Shown here piece after piece: positions 13,959-28,060 of a stretch of DNA of 64,000 nucleotides. The stretch's first letter is position 1. The number at the start of each line of letters is the position of its first letter. The notes below the pieces were generated by a model. It ran no database searches. It was not told the origin of the DNA and saw only the letters and a program-made list of their open reading frames with translations. The position numbers were made by a program, and so were the translations under genes. Source of the stretch: the human T2T-CHM13v2.0 reference genome, Homo sapiens; assembly GCF_009914755.1 (NCBI RefSeq), contig NC_060926.1; one strand, 5' to 3'.

Positions 13959-14400
13959 TAGTTATGGTCATGTCAGACCGTGGGAGACATTCAAATGTCC
14001 ATAGTGAACAAAATGGCCCACTGAACCCCTGAGCATAGCAGAAAGGCCTGAGTCTGGAAGTCAGGCAGTCAAGTTTAAAAGTATTAATATGTTTTCTCCT
14101 TCCTTTCCTGTGGCCCTGGATAAACTTTGTCTCATATGCAAACTGAATTGTATTAGTTATCTATAGTTGCATATCAAGTGACAGCAATATTTAATGGTTG
14201 AAAACATTTTTTATTATGTCTCAGTTTCTGTGGATCAGAAATCCAGGGACAACTTGGCTGGGTGACTGGCTCAGAGTCTCCCATAAGGTCACAATTGAAT
14301 TGCCAATGGGGACTGAAGCCATGGCAAGGTTCAATGGAGGAAGATCTGCTTCCGCACTCACTCATGTGCTCAGGAAGGCCTTAGAAAATCCACTTCCACA

Positions 14401-15304
14401 TGTAGGGAAGTTTACATTTTTACCCTCAAGTTATTTGAGAATAACTTGAGTCTATAAAAGAAATGAATTACAGACAAATTAACAGGAAAAAATGCACACA
14501 CATTTTATTACATGCACACAGGAGTCACAACGACATACAAAATGTAAAAGCCCAAAGAAATGGCAGATGGTTGATGCTTTTATATCACCTTGAGATTATA
14601 GAAAGAACCGGCGTTTAGAGCATGGCCAAAATCACGTTATGGGCCAGGCACGGTGGCTCACACCTGTAATCCTACCACTTTGAGAGGCCAAGGAGGGCAG
14701 ATCTCATGAGCCCAGAAGTTCAAAATCAGCCTGAGTAACATGGCAAAACCCCATCTTTACAAAAAACTGAAAATTAGCCGGGCATGTGGGTGCATGCCTG
14801 TAGTACCAGCTACTCGTCAGGCTCAGGTAGGAGGATCAGCTGAGCCCAGGGAGGCCGAGGCTGCAGTGAGGCATAATCACGCCGCTGCACTCCAGCTTGG
14901 GTGGCAAAATGAGATCCCATCTCAAAAAAACAAAACAACAACAACAACAAAACAGGTATGGTAGTAAATCAGGTTATGATGGCAAGACAGGTAATTGAGG
15001 GGAGAGAAAAGGAGGTTCTGTTTACCAAGGTGGTCTTAAAATGTAGGTGAAGCCATACAGGTATCAGCCCTTAGAGAGAATAAATGACAAATGTTTTTTT
15101 CAGACTTTTAAATGTTTGGACTCTCAGTCCTCGATCCATACAAGGGAGAGCCTTACAGAAAGCCTTGTTGTAGCAATGCAGGTTTTCTCTACAGATGCAA
15201 GTCCCCCACAAAAGACAGCTTTGCAGGGCTACTTCTTTTGGAACAGCCCTCTCAAAATATGTCAAAGAAGTACATTTTGAGGTGAAATATTGTAGTTTCT
15301 TTCA
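14401..15304 (-). mobile_element. ERV1 LTR (MER39/MER34B-like) inserted in the MLT1 and itself split by an Alu
   Basis: TG...CA ends; terminus ctcaaaatatgtcaaagaagtacattttgaggtgaaatattgtagtttctttca; internal tctctacagatgcaagtcccccacaaaagacagctttgcaggg. Confidence 0.75.
14642..14950 (+). mobile_element. AluJ
   Basis: ggccaggcacggtggctcac, gagcccagaagttc, ggaggatcagctgagcccagggagg; (CAA)n tail. Confidence 0.92.
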
Positions 15305-17394
15305 CAAGCTTCCTCATGAGCCTCTCCAGAAGGCTGCCAAGGGTGAGTGAGAAAAAGCACCCAAATAGAAGCCGCAGTCTTTTTATAATCTAATATTGAA
15401 AATGGCATCTCATCACTTGTGTCATATTCTATTCCTTAGAAGCAGGTAAATATGCCCAGCTTGTGTCCAAATGGAGGGGATGACATCAGGACTTGGATAT
15501 TAGCAGGCACAGATTATCCAGGATCATCTTAGATATTGCCTATCACAAGAGATAAAAAAAAAATTATGTTGGTGCTGGCAATTAAATGAGGTAGTATATC
15601 TCAAATACTGAACAAAGTGTTGAGTAGCTATTTAACACATTTTTCTTCCTTCCGTGCTGACTCAAGAGATACAGCTAGAAGGGGCCTCTTTCTAGAGAGT
15701 CATAAAAGTTAAGAATGAATTTGTGCAGTCAGACGATTTTTATAAAATTTATTAGATTTCCAGTAATGGAGGTGAGTTAATCACTTAGAATTGTAATATT
15801 TTTTCATGTTCCAAATTATAAAAGTTAAGCCTCAATCCTCCTTATTTGAAAAAGAAAAACGTGAGCTGGCATTGAGCTGTTTCTCTATCGGTGAGATGTT
15901 TTTGAGTACAGAGACTTGTAGGCCTCAGGTCAAAAATGAAGTTTTAATACAAGGAAGGCCCTGGCAGCACATTGCTCTTAAAAATCCAGGTGCTGTCTGT
16001 ATTGTTAAGCGCACGTCAGTCCATTAAAATGCATTTATGACTGAAAGAGAGCCTGGTAAGAGCTGCCACCTTACCCAGCTGCAGAAAGGGAACAAATCAT
16101 CAGTTATTTCAGACCCACCTCTCAGAAACTGAAATAAGCAAAAAGAAGTTTTTAAAATGTGCAACCAGAGTTCCAAAAACTCTTGTATAATTCTCTCCTA
16201 AGGAGAATTTCTATGTTTTTGGAAAATTTGAACTTAATGTTTTTTAGAAAAGGATCAAGGTTTTGTGTATTCTTCGATTTTCCCATCTGGGAGGAGGAAG
16301 AACTAACAAATAATCAAACAAAAACAGTTTTCTCTTTCCTTACATTTCTGAGGAAACTTGTTTTCAAAGTACTTGAGCTTATATTGGCTTTATAAGAAGA
16401 TGAAAATCTCATATGAACAATGAAAAAATAATGACAATTGTTCCAATAATTTTTGAGAGTCAACGGGGCTATACTTGATGCTTGGTATGTCCCAAATGGG
16501 TCAGAGAATGCAGATAATCAAAGGTTTATTTGAGACTAGTTCTAACATCCTGGATCTAAAAGAGAAGGTAATTCCTTTGGAAAGGGCAGTACAATGATGC
16601 CTCACACCTTCAACCCTGTTCCCCGAGCTTTGTACAGTGTGCTTGGCTTTTTAGGAAGGAAGTAGTTCTTATTTAGGGATTTTTGCATTGAAGATCAAGG
16701 AGAGACTTGCAAAGTAAATGCATCCTCAAAATAGAAGGCATCTGAATTTAGTTATTCTAGGGATGAAGTTTCAGGAAGATGAAGGACAACAGTGGAATCT
16801 CTTTCTTGTATTTTTCTTTGTTTTCTATTTTTGTCATCTCCTTTTTTTTTGCAAGCCTTATGTATGTATGTATGAGGAAAGGTAGAAGACCTCATTTCAC
16901 TGTAAGGGATGTGAAAGTAGAACCAGCAGCCATTGTAGATCTTCTGCCAGTTAGGCATTGTGCTAGGGGCTTGTCATACAAAACTGTAAAAAAACTCATA
17001 AAACTTTATCAGGCGGTTAGTATACCAACATACATAGAAAGAAACTGAGAATATGAATTTAAGTTAAAGTAGCCAAAGTGATGTTCAACCTCAGCTTTTT
17101 CCTTAGAATTCTCAAGTTCATGGTCTTTACACAGTATCCTGCTGCTCTCCATATTCATTGTGCATACTGTCCATTGCTTAAATAACTCAAATGTAAAGAA
17201 CCTCTGCTTTTACATCTATAGATAATCTACAGAAGACTCTTAAGGAAAGTGGCTATTTAGGTCTAAAGCTGTGTCTTTCAAAAACAGTTTCATGTGGTCT
17301 TATACAAGAATAAGACTTGGATAAGACCTTGGGATTCACACTAGATTGGAAGTCTGTTGTCTTTATAAACTTCTGTGTACTTTAGCTAAAATTA

Positions 17395-18050
<656 letters not shown>

Positions 18051-20555
18051 AGAAAATAGGTCATACTTTCTTCAGACTCTTTTTTTGGTGCTCAGTACTG
18101 ATTCCTTAAAAGGATTATCATCTAAGGATGAAGGCTGCCAAGTGACATGAGGTCTACTTCAGTAAGGGCCTGTCTACTTCTAAGAACATTGCCCTGCTTT
18201 CTGCAGGCTTTCCCATTCTAATTTTCCCCGTGCCCCATGAAACAAGATTAGATCTCTCAGAATTCAAACTGAAAGATCTGATCCATGTGGAAAGCCATGA
18301 GTTTCACTAGAGCAGAGAACACCTTCTAGGAGTCTTGCTGGACTGTGAACCTTATCTGAAAATCCATTTAGGCAATTCTCCAATGAATGAGCAACTACCT
18401 TGATAACCTAATTTATATATTTTAAGCTCCCAGTTCTTTCTTACTTTTCATAAGGTACCAAGTGCCATGGGGACCTCTCACATGGTCATGTGGTCATGAG
18501 GCTCTCTCAAACTCCATACCCTTTCATTGAGCAATAGATATCATGTTCTATTTTTAATGATGGATGTGGTTGCCGTTTTAAAGGCTTTTATGGAGATGCT
18601 TAGAATGCAGTTTAGTATTTTTCAAAACAACCTGAATTACTAAGAAAACAGGACATTTCATAAAGGTAAAGGAGACCACCTGGTTTGTTTTCTTAGGAGG
18701 AATAGGGCAGACTGTTTTGAATGTCATATGAAATCATAAGCAATCTTAAGAGATAACCGGCACCACTCTAATTATCTGAAAGGGATCTGACATTTCAATG
18801 TTATTTTTATTTTTCCGATGGGAAAATACAAGGCAAGGAGAATCAAAAGAAACAGGCATGGAGTTTTAGCTTAAGTTTTTGTTTGTTTGTTTGTTTTTGT
18901 TTTTTGTAGTGCTTCTCAAAATGTCAGCCAGTCTGGCCAAAGAGCTTGAACTCAGGCTTCAGTGGTTGTGCGTCAGCCTACCTGTGCTCTAATCAGATGT
19001 AGGACATGAGTAAGTCTTGTTCCGTTAGCCTCACTGTCCTCATTTGCTGAAGGAGAGGATCAGTCTAGAATCATGGATGCTCCCTCCAGCACTATTCATG
19101 ATTTCTTGAGAGAAAACAATAGGCCAACCCACCCCTTATTATCTTCAAAGAAATCATCAACCCAAGGCTCTTCTTTTGAAACTGGCATAAATGGTCCTGA
19201 ATGATTGGGAGTACCCAGGGCCAAGCCCCTTGCCAGAGGTCATGCTACCCAACTCCCAAAACTCTGGTGCACTTTGTGGAGTCAGAAAAGTAAACTTAGC
19301 CTATTTGATACCATGAATTTTGTGGATGAGTTGCTTGCATGGTCTTAAAAAGGTTATGCTATGACTCTTCACAACCTGTAGAGAATTAGGAGACAAATAT
19401 CTAAACCTGAATAGGGTTTTTTTTTTTTTGCAACCTTCCTTAAATGTGTATATGTGTGTGTGTGCGCACATCTATGTTGGTAGGAGGGTTAACAAAATAT
19501 ATTAGGTCTTCAACCTATGTTAGTAGAGGAACAATATTAGTTGTAGGTACTGAAGCTATTTCCTGCAGAGAGAAATCCAGGCAGAGACACAGCAAGGGTC
19601 TTTGGCTGTGGGACCGGCTTTCTTATAGCTAACGGTTGGTATATGTGAACATCTCTTTAGAAGGCAAAGCAAGCAGCAGTGAGGCAGGCAGAGAGCCCAC
19701 TTTGGATTCCATTAAAGCATCTTCTCCCCAGAGCTTCCTAGATGCACAGTGTACTGCCCTGATGTCACCAGAGGCATCAAACTCAGCCTGGGATTTTCAG
19801 GATTAAAGAGTAAGTCTACATTTTAAATACATGGTTTTGGCACAATAAAATGAAATCCAGAAGGGTGGGTGGGGGGAGAATCCAAACTAAGAGATCTGAC
19901 CCTGGCGCTGGCACCACTTGCTCATTATTAGCTGAAAAGGCAAAAGGTGAAGCTAATCACCTGGGACAGACAAAATCTCTGGACAAAAGGTGACATGGAC
20001 AGCAAAGAGCCAGAAACCAAGAAAATACCATGAAAAAGTGTCTATAGTCAAGGCAAATGGCTTATCGGAGGTGCCATCTCAGCGCATCCCATTTAATTCC
20101 TAGGAGCAAGCAATAGTGTTTATCATATTTCCTCAACCACCTTATAACATTTCACTCTTTCGATAATTCCTTGAACAGTATTAGTTAGAGATAAGGTATT
20201 CCAAAACAAACAAACAAACAAAAATGTAAAAAACATTTAAGCCATCCTTTTTATCAGTTAATTTTCTATAGCCAGTAGACTTCTGTGACTGGCTTGTTCT
20301 TTCTCTAGCTTGAAATATGGTGAGATTCTCAGATCAACAGCCATAATGAATGTTTTTTCTGATGATTATTGAGCATTGACTACATTTACATTAAATAAAA
20401 TATGTCATCCTGTAGCTATGGTCAACATGACACCCTTAGCTTTCAGAATTTAATCTCAATTGATATTTTCTCAAGAAACCTTTCCAAGGCAGGCCAGGTG
20501 CCTTGTTTCTTTGGTTTTCTTCTTTTTAACGTTTGTTACTAAGTATGTATATGTA

Positions 20556-20919
20556 TGTATTCATCTGCTCAGGCTGCTATAAGAAAATATCACAGTCTAA
20601 GTGTCTTAAACAACAGACATATTTTCTCAGTTTTGGAGGCTACAAATCCAGGATCCAGATGTTGGCAGGATTGATTTCTTCTGAGGGCTTCTCTCTTTGC
20701 TTGCAGATGGTTGTCTTTTTCTGTCTTCACATGGTCTTTTCTCTGTGCATGTCTGTGTTCAAATAGCTTCTGCTCATAAGGACACCAAACATATGGAAAC
20801 TTATTTTACCATAATTACCTTTTTAAAGATCCTGTCTCCAAATACAATTGTGTTTTTAGGTATTAGGTGTTGGGACTTTAACATACGCATTTTGCAGGGA
20901 CACGATTCAGCTCATGCAA
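20556..20919 (-). mobile_element. MLT1A-like LTR
   Basis: tgtattcatctgctcaggctgctataag, cagttttggaggct, cttcacatggtc, gggacacgattcagctcat. Confidence 0.85.
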
Positions 20920-21989
20920 TGTATATTAATATGTCTATTTCATTGTTGACCAATGCCCTTCTCATCACTAGAATGTAAGCAACCATGGAAACAAGTACAT
21001 TATTTGCCCAAGCCTTGGTCCAACACCTTGCTTACCACACGTCTTCCATAACTATTTGCCACACGCATGAATACACTAGTGGAGTTGACCTCTAAAACAT
21101 TTCTGAAAGATAGAATTTTAACAGGGAAAGAAGAGTTAGTAGTGATTTTTAACAAACAGTCCTGTTACAACAATTATATGCCTCATAATGTGTCAAACCC
21201 AGGAATGAGTTATACTCAGGGGGGAGTACTAATTAGGTAAAGGGCAGGGGAGCTCCCAGAGGTAGGGAGATGGCCTGGAGAGCTGCATCGTGCAGGATGG
21301 AAGTGCTCACTCTGTGGAATGCTGGCAGCCAGGTGGTTATAGGCTACGGCCCTGCAGTTAACAGAGCTGATCCCCAAATATTGCCCTTTCTCATAGAAGC
21401 CATTTGTAGCTAGCCACCATCTGCACATCAAGTAAACATGACGAGGCCGCAAGCTTCATCCTCTGCTTCAATTAAGTTGTCATTAATGCCTCGGTATTTG
21501 AGCTAAGATAATGTTAATGAGAAAATCCCATTAGCAAGGGCAAAAAAGTGGATAGCCACAGGGCTGTGACTGTCACAACAAGCTGTCTGGTTTGAGTTTC
21601 AGAAGATAGTAACATGATATCACAACAAGCACAGAGTTCGAGTTTCAGAAGATAGTAACATGATGAAGCATTTCGTGTTATGGAAAACTGAGAAATGCAA
21701 TTGCCTGAACTTTAAGATACCAAGCAAAGGTTGGAAATGTTTACCAAAGTAGTGATTTCTTGGGCGTCTTCAGCTTTTTAAGTTTGGATAATGACAATGG
21801 AGACATTGTATTTCTTAACTCACTGTTATTTTCTCTGTCTCTCACTCAAAAGAGGAATTGCAGGAGATAGAATTTTTTTTTATCATAGATTAATCTTCTT
21901 GTCAAACCTGCTATCACTTCCCTTTTTCTTTTGTATTTTTTACTTTGACAATTTTCTCATGTAACTTGAAGTTCCTCTCATTGGCTTTA

Positions 21990-22400
21990 GGAAACTTTTG
22001 GAGTATCTACTCTGCACTGGGTACTGTGGTTGAACCTGGGAAGGAGGCACTGCCTTCCAGGAGCTCATAGGCATGGTTGGAAGAGACAGTAAAGAGGCAT
22101 TAATGAATAATAGAACATGTGCCTGGGACACTGGGGAAGCACTGGGAAGAGGCAGCTGGATAGGTGAGAAAGGGAAGACTTTCTAGAGGTGGGGATATCA
22201 CAGCTTGGTTCTTAAGAATGAATAGAATTTGGCCAAATATGGAGGGAAGGAAAGGATGCTCTAATAAGAGAAGAGAAATAGAACGAGAACCAGAGGTGTA
22301 AGACTATGGAAGCTTAGCTGCCTGGGGCCCAGATGGCAAAAGATGAAGCAGAGTTTTGGTCAGGGACCCCAGAGTTTGTGCTGTATCTTGGAGAGAATAG
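21990..22400. mobile_element. Degraded L2 fragment
   Basis: ctgccttccaggagctcatagg, ggaagactttctagagg, cttaagaatgaatagaatttggcc. Confidence 0.55.
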
Positions 22401-24432
22401 GGAAATAACTCTCTTGAGTTTAGCTTAATGGTTAGCGTGTGGATGTTTGATCTCAGCATTCAAGTCTACCAAGGAAACCACACTTTCACCATCAACCACA
22501 AATGCATCGTGAGTTCCTAACAGACCCTAGCGGATGGCAAAGCCAGATGTTTTCCCTTTATGCACTGATCAAGGCTTTTCAGGATCCAGGTTACCTTGAA
22601 ATATGAGCCAGGCATTAAACGACTAGGAAAGGTTTAACCTGTGATTTATGGCTAATGCTCACATGAGGGCCTGCTTCTGACACTTGGCAGTGGAGATTCA
22701 GTTGGTCTGATGCTCAATCCATCAATGAGCCTTGGAGAGTGCAGAATGCTGCCCTGCTGATACTGGGGCAGAGCGGGGGGTGTCCCAAAACGTGACTCAA
22801 ACTCTGACCCCCAGGTACCTGTTATCCCACTGGGAAGAGGAGACTAACATGGACGGATTGTTAATTAATACCACAAGGCAGTAAATATTATGAGCTAAAC
22901 AAATAGATCAGACAGTGGATGCTATAGGAATTTAGAAAGAGAAATCACCCTGCACTATTCTAGTCAAGGAAAACCTGCTTCATTCGTTTCCTGATTTATT
23001 AACTTACTAATTTATTCAATCAATCAATCATTCATCACGTTTTATATGCCCTGCACTGTGCTAGCTGGCTGTGATAGAAAGTAATAAAACATATGTTCTC
23101 TGTCTGTACAGTTTAGGAAAGAATTTGCTGACACGAAAACTTGGCCTTGGAAGATTGGGGGATGGATTTTGATAGCAGGAAATGGTAAGGGTAGCGTATA
23201 GGTGGAGCAGAGGCTGGGTATGGAAGCCCCAATTCACTAAGTATATTTACTTGGAGCATAATGAACACATGGTCCAGCTGGAGCAGGGAATTCTTGTAAG
23301 GATTTTGGAAAATAGCCTGAAAAGACAGAGGGAGACTTGATTAGAGAAAGAGTAGATTGTCCAACTAAGCAGTGTGATTTTCATTCTCTGGGCTCCATGA
23401 CCCAGTGGAGGGGTATTTGCTGTGAGGTCCATGATAACCTTGCTCTTTAGGTAGTTGGATCTAGCAAGGTGTCCTCTATCAGAAAGAGACAGGAGGCTGG
23501 GAAAAGAGGGGGACCACTAAAGAAATTTCCAGCTTCAGGGATAAGGAATAGAACAAAAATAAGAGAGGGAATTTGAAGGCATATGTGAACTCAATCTACC
23601 ATAAGTAGGGAAAAGTTAATCGAATTTGATAGCTGATGGATAAACAGTGTGCCAGGAAAACATAACTCAGGCTCTAAATTGTAGCATAATGGTACTAGTA
23701 ATCGTAATATACTCTTCTACTATGTAACTGACATTTTCAGACTTCCTTATTCAATTATTCATATATTGCCTACTTTATTCTCACAAAAGTTGACTGTGAG
23801 ACAGTCAACAAAAGTTGACAGCTACCTTCGAATTGTTAAATAAGAGCATGTATGAGAGGACATAGAAAGGCCATTGAATTGAGTTTTCTGGGGAAGATAA
23901 AGCCTAGAAACTTTCAAGTCAAGCCAATCTATTTTGTTTCCATTTTACAGATGATGTAATAGGTTTAGAGATATTAAGAAATCTGTCTAAATTTCCGGAA
24001 ATTTTTAAGTGTCACGCACTTGAGCAAGGAATAACAGGTGAATAAAGCCATCAAGGAAATCTGTAACAAGTTATCTCCAGGGTTGGAAACAGTCTTTAGG
24101 GACTATGATCTGGTTTGGGCTGTCTTTTTGCTCTTGTGTGTGGCTGTCATGGCCTAGGGTAGTCACAGCTGACACTTAAGGGCCCTGAACAGCCACTTGG
24201 TTACAAAGGTTCATTGACACCTTGCAACATTGATTATGATCTTGCTTTTTATTTTGTCTTCAAAACATAAAAAAAGATGTCAAAATATGGTGACAATTGA
24301 AGTGCAAAGATCTGTTAGAAATTTTATGGAGGAATTGGTGGGGTTAGAGAGAAAGAGAGAAAGAGGTACAATTGAGAGCCAGAGTACAAGAGTGTGTCAA
24401 GGCTCTGCAACCTCAAAATTATTTCTTTAACT

Positions 24433-25613
24433 CAATGGTTCTGAGCCAAGGGAAGATTTCCATTCCCACCAAACTCACCTTTTAGCCCACCCCTCCTCCA
24501 CATGGTGAAAAAATGTGCTGTTGGTGATGGGGATTTGTAGTGTTGGTGATAGGGTTGTGCTGTTGGTAATGGAAGGTTGTGGCATTGATGATGGAAGGTT
24601 GTGGTATTGGTGATGGAGTGCTGTGGTGTTGGTGATGGAGCATTGTGGTATTGGTGATGGAGTGTTGTGGTGTTGGTGGTGGAGGGTTGTGGTGTTGGTG
24701 GTGGAGGGTTGTGGTATTAGTGATGGGAGATTGTAATGTTGGTGATGAGGTGTGGTGGTGGTGATGAGGGTTGTGGTGTTGGTGATGGAGGGTTGTGATG
24801 GTGATGGAGGGTTGTGGTGTTGATGATGGAGGGTTATAGTGTTGGTGATGGAGGGTTATGGTGTTGGTAAAGAGGGGTTGTGTTGTTGGTGACGGAGGGT
24901 TGTGGTGTTGGTGATGGGAGCTTGTGGTGTTGGTAATGGAAGGTTGTGTTGTTGCTCATGGGAGGTTGTGGTGTTGGTAATGGAGAGTTGTGGTTTTGAT
25001 GATCGTTCTTTGTGGTGTTGGTGATGGAGGGTTGTAGTGTTGGTGATGGAGGGTTGTGGTGTTGGTGATGGAAGATTGTGGTGTTGGTGATGGAGGGTTG
25101 TAGTGTTGGTGAAGAGGGGTTGTGGTGTTGATGATGGAGGGTTGTAGTGTTGGTGATGGAGGGTTGTGGTGTTTGTGATGGAGGGTTGTGGTGGTGATGG
25201 GGGTTGTGGTGTTGGTGATGGAGGGTTTTGGTGTTGGTGATGGGGGCTTGTGGTGTTAGTGATGGAAGGTTGTGTTGTTGCTTATGGGGGGTTGTGGTGT
25301 TGGTAATGGAGTATTGTGGTTTTGATGATTGTTCCTAATGGTGTTGATGATGGAGGGTTGTAGTGTTGGTGATGGAGGGTTGTGGTATTGGTGAAGAGGG
25401 GTTGTGGTGTTGGTGATGGAGGGTGATGATGTTTATAATGGAAGGTTGTGTTGTGATGATGGAGGGTTGTGATGGTGATGGGGGATTGTTATTACCATCT
25501 AGTGAGCAGGCGTGCTGCTACACATCTGACACAGGAGGTATACCACAAGACACCTACTCCTAACAAATAATAAGCCAGTCCAGAATACCCAGGGCCAGTG
25601 TTGAGGAACCCCA
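24433..25613 (+). mobile_element. MER20 (hAT-Charlie) split by an internal minisatellite
   Basis: 5' end caatggttctgagccaagggaagattt; 3' part ccatctagtg...tgctgctacacatc...aacaaataat...gttgaggaacccca; 8-bp TSD-like ctttaact/ctttaagc (6/8). Confidence 0.72.
24514..25490. repeat. G/T-rich minisatellite, ~22-bp unit GGTGTTGGTGATGGAGGGTTGT, roughly 44 copies
   Basis: Read directly; almost no C on the + strand. Confidence 0.97.
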
Positions 25614-25949
25614 CTTTAAGCCCAAACCCTACTCTTGTAAAACAAATTTAGGACCTTAGAATATCTCTTAACTGTTCTGAGTCTCAGTTTCATCAAGTGT
25701 GAGCTATAAAGGGCTGTGGAGATCTCATTATCAAAAGCATTTTAAAAGACATATTATATGCTCTGTAACTATTTTTTGTTTTATCTAGAAAGATATATCA
25801 AAGTAATAACAATTGACTAGAATTCTAATTTCTGACATAAGTAGACATCCTGAGAAACAAAAGTTGAATTTTCATTTAATTATTTTCAGAAGCTAGGTGA
25901 TTCACAAAATAACAGAACTAAAGTTTGAAGTTGGTATTGTTAAAAGCGA

Positions 25950-26875
<926 letters not shown>

Positions 26876-27479
26876 AGCAAAGTAGAATTCAGTAGCAGAA
26901 CATAAAACTTTTCAGAGCTTTTTGGTCATCAAAGAGATGGCAGGAGCAGGGCAGGGCTGGCTGGAGTTGCCAGCATGATGAGCAAAAGGAGCTCAGCTCC
27001 AGTACCCACACTTCCCTTTGAACGCTGGCTCTGCCTCTGAGCAGCCATGGGGCCCTGTGCAGCCTCTCCACTTTTCTCTGTTACATCTATTACATGAGGG
27101 CAATCAACTTGACCTCCAGGACTATTGTAAGAATTAGGAATTACATTATTTAAAGTGCCTGGCACATTATAGGCATTTGTTACTGGTAGTGTGATATATT
27201 ATTAGCTATTTTTACAACTGGGGTATTTCAAAGGTTCATTTGCAAGTTCAGTTGGAAGGATGAAAACTGTCATTCTTTTTTTCTCTATGGAGAAAATTTT
27301 CCAAGTCTTTATTTGATTCCTAGGAAAGCGCAGGGCAGCCTATTTAACTCTCTCTCTGTAAGGAACCCTTTATACTGATGCCCTAGGCTGAATTCCAGCA
27401 CCTGAGAGAAGCCATGAGAACAAAAGTGAAAAGGACAAAAAAGTTTTCTGTCTTTTATTTCAGCTTAAACAGTTTATCA

Positions 27480-28060
27480 GGTTTTTTTAAGATTATAAAA
27501 AATGTACATTAAAAAACACTGAAAATTCCAGTATAATATAAAAGAATCTGTGATTCTGTCATTCTACATTATTGCAGTGTTTTTTGTGGTGTTAGTTTTT
27601 AACAAGATGGGAATCATGCAGCACGTCCTATTTATTTAGAGCTTTTCTCTTATCAAGATATCAGTAGCATTCTTGGACATTATGATGTTTAATGACTACA
27701 TTATATACCATATTAGGAATAAACCATATTTGCTTTAGCTAGCCTGCTACTATGGGAAATATGGGTAGCAGTGAATTTTTGCTATTGTAAATAATGGTGT
27801 CAAGAACTACCTTCACCATAAATCTTGGCTACAGCTCTGTTACTATTTTAGAAATAATTCTTCAGAATAAAATTCACAGGAAATGAGGTATGACATTCTT
27901 GGGATTTTTGATACTTACTGGTGTATTGCCTTCCAGAAAGAATGTGCAAATTTAGGCTGCCACGAACAACATATAAAATTGACTGTTTCCCTCTATTCTC
28001 ATTGAGATTGAGCATAATCAGTTTTTATCCTTTATTAGTCTGGGAGATGGCAAATAATAC
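27480..28060 (-). mobile_element. Old L1 (L1ME-like) fragment
   Basis: tttttgctattgtaaataatg, gggatttttgatactta, ttgccttccagaaag. Confidence 0.6.

Larger units (their letters stand above)
14149..15547 (-). mobile_element. MLT1 (MaLR) LTR split into 14149-14400 and 15305-15547 by nested insertions
   Basis: First part tgtattagttatctat...tctcagtttctgtggatcagaaatccagg; resumes with gaagccgcagtctttttataatcta...tgtcatattctattc...tgcctatcaca. Confidence 0.78.

Noticed and set aside
24514-25490. CRISPR-like array or mucin-like coding repeat
   Set aside because: Units are contiguous with no unique spacers; the 22-bp period is not a multiple of 3; no ORF in the track; eukaryotic intron context.
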